From positions 160,001-224,000 of the forward strand of contig CAVXKA010000002.1 of assembly GCA_963762255.1 (NCBI GenBank): a DNA stretch of 64,000 nt. The letters run 5' to 3'. Position 1 is the first letter of the stretch. Every line of letters begins with the position of its first letter. Below are positions 28,805-40,091 of this stretch, piece after piece. The notes beneath the pieces were generated by a model. It was not told the origin of the DNA. It made no database searches and saw nothing but the letters and a program-made list of their open reading frames with translations. This stretch comes from Candidatus Eiseniibacteriota bacterium. GTDB lineage: Bacteria; Eisenbacteria; RBG-16-71-46; JABDJR01. A program made the translations under genes and the position numbers.

Positions 28805-31471
28805 ATGAAGTCACTTCCAACCCATCCGTTCCCGGGGGTCGTGCTCGCGGTCGCGTGCCTGGCCCTGAGCGTCGCCTGCACGACCTTCGCCGCAGAGCGG
28901 CCCGCCCCGAGCTTCACCGGTCTCCGCGCACCTGACGCACCTGGCGCGCCGGTTACCGGCCTCAAGTACTTCCGCCTCGTACCGGCGTCGCCCGATACGA
29001 CCTATCGACTTCTGGTCATTCCGGTGCGCTTCCCCGAAAACCACGACCTCGGCATAGGCCGCGACGCGCTGGCCGAGCGGCTGAACGGCGAGGCGGCGGG
29101 CTCGGTCCGCGCGTACTGGCGCAGCGCCACCTACGGCCGCATGAACGTGGAGACAACCCTGGCTCCCATCGTGACCGCCGCGCACTCACGCGCCTATTAC
29201 ACATCGGAGGGGACCGACAACTACGGCTACGGCACCGACCCCGACGCCTACCCGCACAACGCCCAGGGTCTTGTCGAGGAGGTGACCGCCGCGATCGCCG
29301 ACGCAGTGGACCTGCGCCTGTTCGACAACAACGCGGACGGGATCGTCGACGGGCTTCTCGTGCTTCACTCCGGGCCTCGCGCCCCCGAGGTGATCGAGGC
29401 CTCCACGTCGCGGGATCTGATGCTCGCGCACGCGTTCACGACGTCGGTGCCGGTGGCCCGGCGCGACGCGATCGTCTTTCCCTACGCCATCGCCTCCGCG
29501 CGCGATCCGGTGGGGCCGTGGGTGCACGAGATGGGGCACCTCTTCGGCCTCCCCGACGAATACGTGGCCAGCGGCCTCTGTCCCGGGGAGGGCGTGGGGA
29601 TGTGGTCGCTCATGGCCACCGGGTCCAACCTTGGCGACGGCGAGTCTCCCTCCGGGTTGGACGCCTACTGCCGGCAGTTGCTCGGGTTCGTCCCGGCAAC
29701 GGCCGAAGGGGAGTGGACCTCACTCGCCGAGGGCGCGTTCGTGCGGGCCTTCGCTCCCGGCGCGGCAGGGGGACCGCAGTACTTTCTGATCGAGCGGCAG
29801 ACGATCGAGGTCGGGGACGTGACCCACCGAGCCACGCTGGTGCTCGCGGTGAACGAGGCCGCGGTCGACAACCGAAGCTGCACGCGGCCGCTGGTGGAAG
29901 TCCGGGCTGCGCTCTGCACCACCGGGGACCTCTGCACCGAGCACCTCGACGACGTTACCTCACCAAACCTGCGCGACGCCGACGATCGGCCGACCGGGCT
30001 CGCTCTCGACTTCATGCTCGACGCGGTGCGTGTGAGGTACCAGGACGAGGTCGGCCTCCATCTGGAGCGCGTGCGTCTGCTGCCCGTCGAAGCGGGCGGC
30101 GGGCGGCAGCCGATCGAGCTCACCGTGCGCAACCTGAGCTTCACCGCAGCGGTACGTGCCGACGCGCGGTTCGCGCTCCTGCCCGCGGCACTGAACCGCG
30201 TGGAGCGGGTGGGGGACGGCTGGCCGCGCATGATCGCCGCGGGTGAGACGGTCGTCGACACAAGCTGGGCGCTGGTGCCGCGCGAGCCCGCGACCGCGCT
30301 CGCCTCGCAGCCGCAAGCCCTGGAGTTCACGCTTGCCCCGGCCTCGGGGGGATCTACCTTCGTGGACACCCTCACCTTCGTGGCTGCGTCGTTTGGCCTC
30401 GAAGCGGACCGCCTCGACGAGTTCATCTCGCGGCGCCTCGACAGGAACGGCGCCGATCCATGGCGGCCTGATGGCGTGGAATGGGTGGCGGGTCCGCTAC
30501 CGCGCCGGGCCAACGCCGAGCTCTTGAGCCCATGGGTCACCGTGCCCGATCGCGCGACGCTCGCGCTCGATCATGCGTGGAGCCTTGCGGCGCTCTCGCC
30601 GGACGTCGCGTTGGACGCCGCCGGCGTACGCGTGCTGACGCAGACCGGGCCCGCGGTGGAGCTGACGCCTCCGCTGGGTTGGGGCTACACGGTGGAGCGC
30701 GGCACCGGAAACGCGCTGGGGGGGCAACCGGCGCTCTCCGGAGGCGGCGACCGCGTGCACGTCTTCGATTTGGCCGCGTGGGCGGGGGAGTCGGTGCGGA
30801 TCTCGTTTCGCGTGGCGGGGGACGTCACACTCGACGAGAGCACGTGGCGGGTGCGCGGCGCGAGCGTGGCGAGCGCGCCAGTGGCGGAGGCGACGCTCGA
30901 AGTGCTCACCCCTTCCGGCGCCGAGTCGGAGCTGCGCGGGTCGGTCGTCGCCGCAGGCCAACTTGCCGCGGTGGACTCGATCCGTCTCTACGTCGGTCCC
31001 GCGTGGCGCACACCGGGTGCGGCGCTTGGCGGGGACTACGGCGGGATAGGTTTTGAGATCCCACTTCACGAGCTGTTCGCCAACGACCGGAGCGGCCTGC
31101 CCAAGCGCTGCGAGATGGTCTGGAGAACCGGCGACGGCTACGGCTCGATCGCCCTCGATGTCGATCCGCCGGATGCGCCGCGCGTGCTCCTTCCGCCGGG
31201 ACCCAATCCCACCGCGCGAGGACTCGGACAGACCTGGGTGCTCGGCGTGCCCGAGAGCGGGAGCGCCGGGACCTATCGCCTCGCCCTCTTCTCCGTCGCC
31301 GGTCGCTGCGTCTTCGAGCGCGAGGTGCGTATCGACGAAGCGGGCCTTCGTGAGATCGCCTGGGACGGCCGCGACTTCGCCGGACGTGAGGTCCCCCCCG
31401 GCGTCTACTTCCTTCAGTGCCGGCGGCCCGGCGGCGCGACCGAGAGCAGGCGCGTGGTGGTGATTCCATGA
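28805..31471 (+). CDS. Second secreted M6-family metalloprotease with C-terminal FlgD-Ig/CTD-like domain
   Basis: [22 protein letters not shown] and WSLMATG; C-terminal LFSVAGR...[16 protein letters not shown]. Confidence 0.8.
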   Translation: MKSLPTHPFPGVVLAVACLALSVACTTFAAERPAPSFTGLRAPDAPGAPVTGLKYFRLVPASPDTTYRLLVIPVRFPENHDLGIGRDALAERLNGEAAGSVRAYWRSATYGRMNVETTLAPIVTAAHSRAYYTSEGTDNYGYGTDPDAYPHNAQGLVEEVTAAIADAVDLRLFDNNADGIVDGLLVLHSGPRAPEVIEASTSRDLMLAHAFTTSVPVARRDAIVFPYAIASARDPVGPWVHEMGHLFGLPDEYVASGLCPGEGVGMWSLMATGSNLGDGESPSGLDAYCRQLLGFVPATAEGEWTSLAEGAFVRAFAPGAAGGPQYFLIERQTIEVGDVTHRATLVLAVNEAAVDNRSCTRPLVEVRAALCTTGDLCTEHLDDVTSPNLRDADDRPTGLALDFMLDAVRVRYQDEVGLHLERVRLLPVEAGGGRQPIELTVRNLSFTAAVRADARFALLPAALNRVERVGDGWPRMIAAGETVVDTSWALVPREPATALASQPQALEFTLAPASGGSTFVDTLTFVAASFGLEADRLDEFISRRLDRNGADPWRPDGVEWVAGPLPRRANAELLSPWVTVPDRATLALDHAWSLAALSPDVALDAAGVRVLTQTGPAVELTPPLGWGYTVERGTGNALGGQPALSGGGDRVHVFDLAAWAGESVRISFRVAGDVTLDESTWRVRGASVASAPVAEATLEVLTPSGAESELRGSVVAAGQLAAVDSIRLYVGPAWRTPGAALGGDYGGIGFEIPLHELFANDRSGLPKRCEMVWRTGDGYGSIALDVDPPDAPRVLLPPGPNPTARGLGQTWVLGVPESGSAGTYRLALFSVAGRCVFEREVRIDEAGLREIAWDGRDFAGREVPPGVYFLQCRRPGGATESRRVVVIP

Positions 31472-33899
31472 CGTTCGTGCCGGCGCTCTTCATTGCGTGG
31501 CTCCTCACGCAGGCCGCTTCGAGCCCCGCGGAGTCCCTCGTCTCCACCGCCGGTCGTGCCGCGACGGTGGCCGCGCCTCTCGACTCGGTCGAGCTTTCCC
31601 GCCGGACCCTGGCTGTCGCGCTCTTTCGCGGCGACGCGACGGGCATGGCCGAGGCCTCGCGTTCGGAAGCCCGCGCCCTCGCAGCGCTCGACACCTTCGC
31701 CGACCACGAAGACTTCCCCGGCGCGTGGCGGGCGCTCGACTGGCCGTCGCGCCTGCGATGGTTCGCCCGTGCTGCGGAGGACCGCCGGGTGGATTGGGTG
31801 CGCCGCGCGCTGGAGCTCGACGACGCGGACCTCTTCCCCCGGCTGGGTTTCCCAGCCGGGGCTCGATAGCGCTGGCCGTCGCGGTCAACGCCGAGCAGGC
31901 GCTTACCGCCGCAACCCCACCCGAGCGAGCGCGTCTCGACGCGCTCATCGCACGCGCTCTGCGAGCGGCCACAGAGGCGCCGTCATTCCGTCTGCGCGAT
32001 GAAGCGTTCTTCCGCGAATGGCGCCGAGCCGTGGCGTCCTGGGACACTGCCCGCGCCCTGACCGCGGCCGATTCGCTCGTCGCCGCCGCACCGCGCAGCC
32101 TGCGAGCGCCTCTCGTGCGCGTCACCCGCGCGCGGGCATACCTTGACCAGGGCGATCCGTCGCGCGCGATCGAGGAAGCGCGCCTTGCGCAACCGGTCGG
32201 GGATTCCGCGGAGCTGCGATGGGTTCTCGTGGACGCGCTCATCGCCTCGGCGCGGCCCATCGAAGCGGCCGCCGAGCTGGAAGGGATCGTCGGCAAGTTC
32301 GGCGCGGACACCTCGGCGGTGCGGGCGTATGAACGCCGACTGGAGATGTCCGCCGCGGAACCCGACCTCTACCTCACGACCGAGGGTCGCGTGTCCATCG
32401 CGCGCTTCCTCCTCGTGCAGCCGGAAAGCGGAGCGCTGGCCTGGATGATCGCGGTGACCGACAGCTCGGGACTTCCGGAGAGCGTGCGCGTGAACGCCGG
32501 ACTTGCCGTCGCCGACTATCTCTATCGGGCGAAACGCTACGGCGAGGCCGAGTCTCTGTTGACGCGGCTGTGTCGTTTCGCCACCGGAGCCGAGCGGGAC
32601 CGCGCCGTCTTTCTTCTCGCCCGCGTCTACCGCAACACCGGCCGGCCCGGGCCGATGGAGCCGCTCTACCGCGAACTGATGCGGAGAGACGGAGCCCTGG
32701 CGCCCGAAGCGGCGTGGGATCTCGCACGCGAGTATGAGAGCCTCGCCCGCTGGTCGCACGCGCGCGCGGTGCACGGCATTCTCATCGACCGCTATCCCGG
32801 CTATTCCCACCACCGCGACGCGCTGTTCCGTCGCGGTTTCGCGGAGGTCCGCCTGGGGATGCTCGGCGAGGCGGCGGAGCATTTTCGCGCGGCCTTCGCC
32901 GAGTCGAGAGAAGCCGCGGACCGCGAGCAGGCTGCCTTCTGGCTCGCGCGCACGTTGGGCGCGTCGGGCCGTCACGCCGAAGCGCGCGACGCCGCCGCGG
33001 CCGGCGCCATCCAGCGCGAGCCGGTCGATTACTACGGCGTGCGCTTGCGCGAGCGATACGGGTTGCCGTCGGAGGGGCCGCCTCCTCCCGAGAAGATCCC
33101 CCTCAACCCCGACGTGAGTTGGGAATCGGTCGCGGCCGGCGCCGACTGGCCCGACCCGGTGCGCGAATACTTTCTGCGCGGAGTTGAGCTGGCCCGCTTG
33201 GGGATCCTCGACGCGGCGCGGCGCGAGTGGCAGCGCGCCGCCGATCTGGCCCGCGACTTGCCTTTCGTGTTCGAGACGCTGGCGTTCGCCGCCGCCGTAC
33301 ACCATGTCTACCCGGAAGGGGTGCGTTGGGCGAACCGGGCGCAATCGCTCCTTCCGTATGGCTTCCCGACACGCACGGGCTACGACCGCCTCGGCGCTCC
33401 CGCCGCCTACTACGGCGCGGTATCGCGCGCGGCTGCCGCGGCGGGCGTGGAACCCGACCTGCTGTGGGCGATCATGCGCCAGGAGAGTCTCTACGATCCG
33501 CTCGCGGTGTCGCGCGCGGACGCCCGCGGGCTCATGCAGATACTGCCCGCCACGCTCGCCCGCATCGATCGCGGGGAAGTGCGCAGCGAGCCGCGCCCGG
33601 TCGCGGAGCTCTTCCGCCCCGAGGTGAACATCCCGCTCGGCGTGCGCTTCTTCGCCGACCGCCGGCGCGAGTTCGGCGGCAACGTCCTTCCGGCGCTGGC
33701 CAGCTACAACGCGGGGGAGGGCAAGGCGCGTGAATGGATCGCACGGGCGGACGGGGACGTGGAGGAGGTCTTCGTGGAGTGCATCGGCTATCCCGAGACC
33801 TACGACTACGTGCGACGAATCGTCTGGCTGGCCTGGGTGTATCGGGCCTACTATGCTGGGTTGGAATCGTCTCCGGCGACCGGTCGCATCGCACGCTGA
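31468..33899 (+). CDS. Soluble lytic transglycosylase (Slt70-like, TPR + SLT), split by a -1 frameshift near 31836-31866
   Basis: Signal-bearing N-terminal part 31468-31869 continues in the -1 frame to AIMRQES, ARGLMQI, ASYNAG and ETYDYV. Confidence 0.8.
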
Positions 33900-33913
33900 G
33901 AAGGAGGATCGAC

Positions 33914-36016
33914 ATGGCGCTCGCCGCGCGCTGTCACAGCCTGCGCCCCGAAAAGAACTCGGGGTGGCTGTCCTTCTTCGAACTCGCCCCGCGGGGGGAG
34001 CGCGCCGCGCATTTCCTCGTGGTGGGACCCGCCGAGTCGTCGCGCGAGACCGCGCGAGCCTCAGCGCTGCGCGCCGGCCAGGCGGCCGTGCGCTATCTCA
34101 AGGACGTGCCGGAGGGCGCTCCCCATCTCACCGTGCTGGAGGCGATCGCGCAGATCGCCTCGCACGAAACGCAGGGCTCGGGGGAGGAGATCGAGTTCGG
34201 CGCCGGCGTGCTGGTGTCGAACCAACTCTGGTTCATGACTCGCGGACGGGTGAAGCTGGCCCCACTGGCGCCCATCTGGAGCCCCCCGCTCGCTGCGGAG
34301 CACGCGGTCGTCTTCGCGGTGGCTCCCGGATCGCGCGTCTTCTTCGGCCGCATCCCGGAGGGGGGCGACGAGCGCACCCTGCGCGATTTCGTCTCCCGAC
34401 TGGAGAGCGGGAGCGGGGGAGACGGCGGTCTCATCGTGAACTTCATCGAAGCATCCGGCCTGCGGGCGGTACCGGGCCGCCCTCCGTACCCGAGTCGTCC
34501 CGCGCCGACTGAACCTTTACCGGAACCCCCGAGCGAGCCGGTTGTCGCTGCGTCGAGCGATCCCGTTGCTCCGCCACCGAGCGAACCGGTGAGCTTCGAC
34601 ACGGTCCTGAACGAGTTGCGCGAGACCTTTGCGCCCGGCGCCTGGGAATACGAGCCCGCTCAGGAAGAGACTCCGCCGCCTCGGGCAGAGACGTCGCCTT
34701 CACCGGGCGAGGCACCCTTCCTTCCAGAAGAACCCGCCTTCCTTCCAGAAGAACCCGCCTTCCTTCCAGAGGAACCCGCTCCTCCGCCGGATGAAGTTGC
34801 AGGTGAGTCGGTGGCGATGGAGTCCCCCCCTCCGCTCTATGCTCCGGAGGAGAGGCGCGGCCTGGGTTTCTGGCTTGGCATCGTGGCCGCAATCATCGCC
34901 GTGGCCGCGGTGGCGGCTTATCTTGCCTTCGTGCGCCCGCGCCTGCGGGAGCCCGCTGACCGGGAGGAGCCGCCGCCGGCGCAGACCGAGGCTCCCGAGC
35001 CGGTCCCGCCCGCTTCCGCCGGCCAAACGATGGAGGACACGGCTCCGGGAATTCTCTGGGAGGAGCGATTCTCCCAGGCTGTCACATCCAGCCCCGTCGT
35101 CGCCGGCGATCGCGTGGTGTTCGGGTGCCGCGACGGCGGCGTCTATGCGCTGGATCGCGCGACCGGTCGCCGCGTGTGGGCCTACGCGGCGAGCCAGGGC
35201 TTCGGGTCCTCGCCCGCTCATGCCGAGAGCCTGATCGTGATCGGGGGCTACGACGGTCGCGTCTACGGCCTCAGCGCCGGCACCGGCGAAGAGCGCTGGA
35301 GCTTCGCCACCGAAGGACGTGTCGTGGCCAGCCCCGTCGCGGACTCGACCTTCGCTTACGTGGCCTCGTACGATCGCGCCCTGTACGCGGTCGCGCTCAC
35401 CGATGGAGCGTTGCGCTGGAAGCGGGATCTCGGCTCGGTGCTCTGGTCCAGTCCGGTCCTCGCCGAGGATCTGGTCATCGCCGCCGGCCTGGACGGCCGG
35501 GTCACCGCGATGGAGCGTCGCGGAGGGCGCGTGCGCTGGCAGGCGACATGCGCCGGCGCCGTCTACTCCACCCCCGTTGTGGCGGAGCGCAAGGTCGTCG
35601 TCGGGTGCCAGGACGGAAAGCTCTACGCTTTCGATCTCGCCGACGGCCACATGGTGTGGACGATCCCCGGCGAGAGCCCGGTGAATGGCTCACCCGCCTA
35701 CCGCGAAGGGCGTGTCGTGGTGGGCACCGACGACGGAACGGTGCTGGGAGTCGACGTGGGCCTCGGCCGCATCGTCTGGCGGGTCGCCACCGGCGGCGGG
35801 GTGAAGAGCCGGCCCGCATTCGCGGATCGCATCGTCTGGGTGAGCGGTTACGACGGCTTTCTCCACGGCATCGAGTGGCTCACCGGAGCCGAAGCGGTCA
35901 AGATCGCCCTCGATTCCGCGGCCTATTCCTCGCCCGCCATCCAGGATGGAGTCGCGTACTTCGGCGTGATGGACGGGCGATTCCTGGCCGTCCGCCTGGG
36001 CCTCAAGACCACCTAA
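33914..36016 (+). CDS. Bitopic membrane protein with Pro-rich linker and C-terminal PQQ/BamB-like beta-propeller
   Basis: AAGGAGG RBS; single TM (FWLGIVAAIIAVAAVAAYLAFV); about 8 SSP...G..DG..YA.D..G...W repeats. Confidence 0.85.
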   Translation: MALAARCHSLRPEKNSGWLSFFELAPRGERAAHFLVVGPAESSRETARASALRAGQAAVRYLKDVPEGAPHLTVLEAIAQIASHETQGSGEEIEFGAGVLVSNQLWFMTRGRVKLAPLAPIWSPPLAAEHAVVFAVAPGSRVFFGRIPEGGDERTLRDFVSRLESGSGGDGGLIVNFIEASGLRAVPGRPPYPSRPAPTEPLPEPPSEPVVAASSDPVAPPPSEPVSFDTVLNELRETFAPGAWEYEPAQEETPPPRAETSPSPGEAPFLPEEPAFLPEEPAFLPEEPAPPPDEVAGESVAMESPPPLYAPEERRGLGFWLGIVAAIIAVAAVAAYLAFVRPRLREPADREEPPPAQTEAPEPVPPASAGQTMEDTAPGILWEERFSQAVTSSPVVAGDRVVFGCRDGGVYALDRATGRRVWAYAASQGFGSSPAHAESLIVIGGYDGRVYGLSAGTGEERWSFATEGRVVASPVADSTFAYVASYDRALYAVALTDGALRWKRDLGSVLWSSPVLAEDLVIAAGLDGRVTAMERRGGRVRWQATCAGAVYSTPVVAERKVVVGCQDGKLYAFDLADGHMVWTIPGESPVNGSPAYREGRVVVGTDDGTVLGVDVGLGRIVWRVATGGGVKSRPAFADRIVWVSGYDGFLHGIEWLTGAEAVKIALDSAAYSSPAIQDGVAYFGVMDGRFLAVRLGLKTT
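34716..34778 (+). repeat. In-frame tandem repeat, 3 x 21 bp (FLPEEPA)
   Basis: CCTTCCTTCCAGAAGAACCCG three times, with one mismatch in the third copy. Confidence 0.9.
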
Positions 36017-36017
36017 C

Positions 36018-36046
36018 TTGTCCACCCCCCGGGCGTTTGCTAGCGT
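36018..36046 (+). promoter_or_regulatory. Putative sigma70 promoter for secA
   Basis: TTGTCC-17 nt-TAGCGT with an extended TG. Confidence 0.45.
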
Positions 36047-36109
36047 TTGCGATTCGGGGGGCCGCGACGAGGCCCTCGCCCTCTTTTCCGTCAGGAGACC
36101 CTCGGCCTT

Positions 36110-39100
36110 ATGTTGGACATATTCAGACAGAGCGGGATGAAGACCCTCGAGCGGGTCTTCGGCACCAAGTACGAACGCGACATGCGGCGCCTGGGCCCCA
36201 TCGTGCGCGAGATCAACGAGCTCTTCGAAGACTACAAGTCGCTCTCCGAAGAAGAGTTGCGCGCCATGACGCAGAAACTACGCGAACAGCTTGCCGCCGG
36301 ATCCGATCTCGAGGACGTTCTGCCCCAGGCCTACGCGGCGGTCAAGGAGGCCTGCCGTCGCCACGTCGGCAAGACCTGGGACGTGGTGGGGATGCCCACG
36401 AAATGGGACATGGTTCCCTACGACGTGCAGCTCGTCGGGGCGATCGTTCTGCATGAGGGGCGCATTGCCGAGATGGCCACCGGAGAGGGGAAGACCCTGG
36501 TCGCCCTCATGCCGGTCTACTTGAACGCGCTCACCGGCAAGGGTGTGCACCTCGTCACGGTCAACGACTACCTGGCCCGCCGCGATCGCGAGTGGGTGGG
36601 CCCGATCCTCGAGTACCTCGGTCTGACCCTCGGCGTGATCCAGCATGACCTGAACCCCGTGCAGCGGAGGCAGGCCTACGGCGCCGACGTCACGTACGGC
36701 ACCAACAACGAGTTCGGATTCGATTACCTGCGCGACAACATGGCCATCCGCGCCGAAGAGCAGGTCCAGCGCGGGCACCACTTCGCGATCATCGACGAGG
36801 TCGACAACATCCTCATCGACGAAGCGCGAACCCCGCTCATCATCTCCGGCCCCGTCACCCAGACCCACACCTACTTCGACGACATGAAGCCGCAGGTGGA
36901 GCGGGTGGTGCGCGCGCAGAGCACACTCGTCACCTCCTGGATGAGCGAAATCGAAGGCGCGCTGGAGAAGGAGGGATACGACGAGCCGACCTACGAGACC
37001 GCGACGCGGCTCCTGCAGGTGAAGCGCGGCGCCCCCAAGAACCGGCGCTTCATGAAGCTGACCTCGGAACACCCTGGACTGCAGAAGGCGATGCGCAAGG
37101 TTGAGTTCGACGCCACGCGGGACAAGCGGATGGGCGAGATCGACCAGGATCTCTTCTACACGATCGAGGAGAAGAACCGCGAGATCGATCTTACCGACAA
37201 GGGCCGCCAGGCCATGGGGCCGGACGATCCCGAGATGTTCGTGCTTCCCGATCTCGCGGTGGAGGTGGAGGAGATCGAGGCCCGCGAGGAGCTCGAGCCC
37301 CACACGCGAATTCAGGAGAAGGAGAAGGCCTTCCGGCGCTATGCGGAGCGCGCGGACCGCATCCACGCCGCCATGCAGCTCCTGCGCGCGTACTCGCTGT
37401 ATGAGAAGGACGTGGAATACGTCATCCAGGACGGCAAGGTGCTCATCGTCGACGAGTTCACCGGACGCCTCATGGCGGGCCGCCGGTGGTCGGACGGCCT
37501 TCACCAGGCGGTAGAGGCCAAGGAGGGGGTAACGGTCGAGGGCGAAACCCAGACCTTCGCCACCATCACCCTCCAGAACTACTTCCGGCTCTACGACAAG
37601 ATCTCGGGGATGACCGGCACCGCGGAAACGGAGGCCGCCGAGTTCTTCGCCATCTACAAGCTCGACGTGGTGAAGATCCCCACCAACCGACCGATGCGCC
37701 GCAACGACATGAACGACCTCATCTATCGCACCCGGCGCGAGAAGTACAACGCGATCGTGGAGGAGGTGAAGGCGCTTCACGAGGTGGGACGGCCGGTTCT
37801 CGTGGGCACGACCAGCGTCGACGTGTCGGAGACGGTCAGTCGCCTCCTCAAGCGCGACGGGCTCCGCCACAGCGTACTCAACGCCAAGCACCACCAGCGC
37901 GAGGCGGAGATCGTGTCCCGTGCCGGCGAGTTCGGCGCCGTCATGATCGCCACCAACATGGCCGGCCGCGGCACCGACATCAAGCTCGGGGAAGGTGTCC
38001 TCATCGACGCCGAGAAGGGGATCGAGGGCGCCAAGGACCGCGATGGGAACATGGGGCTCGCGATCATCGGCTCGGAACGCCACGAGAGCCGGCGCATCGA
38101 CCGCCAGTTGCGCGGGCGCTCGGGCCGCCAGGGTGATCCGGGCTCGACGCGGTTCTTCCTCTCCCTGGAAGACGACCTCATGCGGCTCTTCGGCTCCGAG
38201 CGGGTCTCCGCGATCATGCAGCGGCTGGGCGCCCAGGAGGGGGAGGCGATCGAGCACCGCTGGGTGACGCGGGCGGTGGAGAACGCGCAGAAGAAGGTCG
38301 AGGAGCAGAACTTCTCGATCCGCAAGCGACTGCTCGAATACGACGACGTCATGAACAAGCAGCGCGAGGTGGTCTACGGGTTGCGGGGGCGGGTTCTGCG
38401 CGGTGAGTCGATGCACGACGAGATGCTCGACTACATCGACTCGGTGGTCGAGGGCGAGGTGGCGGGGCACACCGACACCGCCGATCCCGTCACCCGGGAC
38501 GCGGTCAGGCTCGTCGCCGCCGAGCTGGAATTGACTTTCGTGTCCCCCATGCTCCACGAGCAGATCTTCTCCCATCCCACGGTGACCCCGACGGACGTGG
38601 CCGACCATTTCAAGCACATGGCTCGCGAGGCCTACGAGCGCCGGGAGAACGACTGGACCTCGGAACTGACCCGCGAGGTCGAGCGGCGGGTGATGCTCTC
38701 GGTGATCGACGAGAAGTGGCGCGACCACCTCTACGAAATGGACATGCTCAAGGAGGGGATCGGGCTTCGCGCCTGGGGGCAGAAGGATCCTCTCATCGAG
38801 TACAAGCGCGAGGCGTTTGCCGCTTTCGAGACCATGATGGACAGCCTGGGCGAGGACGTGGTGAAGCGGTTCTTCCGCGTCTCCATCGTGCGCGAACCGC
38901 AGCGCGCCGCCCCCGAGCCGCCTCCCCTGTCCACCCTCTCTCCCCGCGTGACCTCGGTCAGCGCGGCACGCGAAAGCCACGCGAGCTTCTCAGCGTTCGG
39001 GGGGGGAGGCGGGGAGGCCGCCCCCTCAGCCACTGCGACCTCGGCGCCCTCCGCGCCCGCCGAACCGGTGCGCGTGGGGCCCAAGGTCGGTCGCAACGAT

Positions 39101-39157
39101 CCCTGTCCGTGCGGGAGCGGTAAGAAATACAAGAAGTGCCACGGGGTGGGAGCGTAG
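36110..39157 (+). CDS. secA: Preprotein translocase subunit SecA
   Basis: [32 protein letters not shown] and C-terminal [18 protein letters not shown]. Confidence 0.97.
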   Translation: MLDIFRQSGMKTLERVFGTKYERDMRRLGPIVREINELFEDYKSLSEEELRAMTQKLREQLAAGSDLEDVLPQAYAAVKEACRRHVGKTWDVVGMPTKWDMVPYDVQLVGAIVLHEGRIAEMATGEGKTLVALMPVYLNALTGKGVHLVTVNDYLARRDREWVGPILEYLGLTLGVIQHDLNPVQRRQAYGADVTYGTNNEFGFDYLRDNMAIRAEEQVQRGHHFAIIDEVDNILIDEARTPLIISGPVTQTHTYFDDMKPQVERVVRAQSTLVTSWMSEIEGALEKEGYDEPTYETATRLLQVKRGAPKNRRFMKLTSEHPGLQKAMRKVEFDATRDKRMGEIDQDLFYTIEEKNREIDLTDKGRQAMGPDDPEMFVLPDLAVEVEEIEAREELEPHTRIQEKEKAFRRYAERADRIHAAMQLLRAYSLYEKDVEYVIQDGKVLIVDEFTGRLMAGRRWSDGLHQAVEAKEGVTVEGETQTFATITLQNYFRLYDKISGMTGTAETEAAEFFAIYKLDVVKIPTNRPMRRNDMNDLIYRTRREKYNAIVEEVKALHEVGRPVLVGTTSVDVSETVSRLLKRDGLRHSVLNAKHHQREAEIVSRAGEFGAVMIATNMAGRGTDIKLGEGVLIDAEKGIEGAKDRDGNMGLAIIGSERHESRRIDRQLRGRSGRQGDPGSTRFFLSLEDDLMRLFGSERVSAIMQRLGAQEGEAIEHRWVTRAVENAQKKVEEQNFSIRKRLLEYDDVMNKQREVVYGLRGRVLRGESMHDEMLDYIDSVVEGEVAGHTDTADPVTRDAVRLVAAELELTFVSPMLHEQIFSHPTVTPTDVADHFKHMAREAYERRENDWTSELTREVERRVMLSVIDEKWRDHLYEMDMLKEGIGLRAWGQKDPLIEYKREAFAAFETMMDSLGEDVVKRFFRVSIVREPQRAAPEPPPLSTLSPRVTSVSAARESHASFSAFGGGGGEAAPSATATSAPSAPAEPVRVGPKVGRNDPCPCGSGKKYKKCHGVGA

Positions 39158-39191
39158 CCGTCCCGGGGGAACCGCTGGTATTCTCGCCGCG

Positions 39192-40091
39192 ATGCAGACA
39201 CGGGTGCCCGTCTTTCTCGACCACCTTCGCAATGCTCGCCGGTACTCCCCGAGGACGGTGGAGGCCTACCAGCGCGACCTCGCCGATTTCGCATCGTTTC
39301 TGACCCCCCGGATGAAGGGCGCTCCGCGGGCGGAAGAGATCGGTGAAGAGGATGCCCGTGCGTATCTGCGCGAGCTGACCCGCCGAGGCCTCTCCGCGCG
39401 GACCGTGGCGCGACGGCTGGCCACCCTGAAATCGTTCCGCCGCTACCTCAAGGCGCGGGGCGTGGACGGGGTCCGGGTCGGACCCGACATCAAGGGCCCG
39501 CGTCTCCCGAAGCGACTCCCGCCGTTCTTGAGCGAGGAGGATCTGCAGCGACTCCTCGACGGGCCCGGATGGGAGGAGACGCGCTGCCCCGAGCGGGATC
39601 GCGCGATCCTCGAGATGCTCTATGGCACCGGCATCCGACTCGCCGAACTGGTCGGCCTCAGGGTCCGCGACCTGAACGCGGCGGGAGGGATCCTGCAGGT
39701 GCGCGGCAAGGGGAACCGCGAACGCCGGGTGCCGGTGGGGGAGGCGGCGCTGACCGCCGTCGCCGCCTATCGCGCCACGATTCCCGGCGGACCGGGCGAC
39801 GCTCCGCTCTTCCCGGGACGCAAGGGAGCGCTTTCGCCGCGCACGGTGCAGCGCATCGTGACCGGACACCTGCGCCGCATCGCGCGCCGCGCCCACTTGA
39901 GCCCGCACCTGTTGCGGCACAGCTTCGCCACCCATCTTCTCGACCGCGGGGCCGAGCTGCGCTCGGTACAAGAGCTGCTCGGTCACGCTTCCCTGGCCAG
40001 CACCCAGGTCTACACCCACATCACCATGGAACGACTCCGAACCGCCCACGCGCAGGCGCACCCTCGCGGCGGCGCCGGAAACAAGGAATGA
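39192..40091 (+). CDS. xerC: Tyrosine recombinase XerC
   Basis: YGTGIRLAEL, GKGNRER, HLLRHSFATH, LGH and TQVYTH...AHPR. XerC versus XerD assignment is by resemblance. Confidence 0.85.
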   Translation: MQTRVPVFLDHLRNARRYSPRTVEAYQRDLADFASFLTPRMKGAPRAEEIGEEDARAYLRELTRRGLSARTVARRLATLKSFRRYLKARGVDGVRVGPDIKGPRLPKRLPPFLSEEDLQRLLDGPGWEETRCPERDRAILEMLYGTGIRLAELVGLRVRDLNAAGGILQVRGKGNRERRVPVGEAALTAVAAYRATIPGGPGDAPLFPGRKGALSPRTVQRIVTGHLRRIARRAHLSPHLLRHSFATHLLDRGAELRSVQELLGHASLASTQVYTHITMERLRTAHAQAHPRGGAGNKE

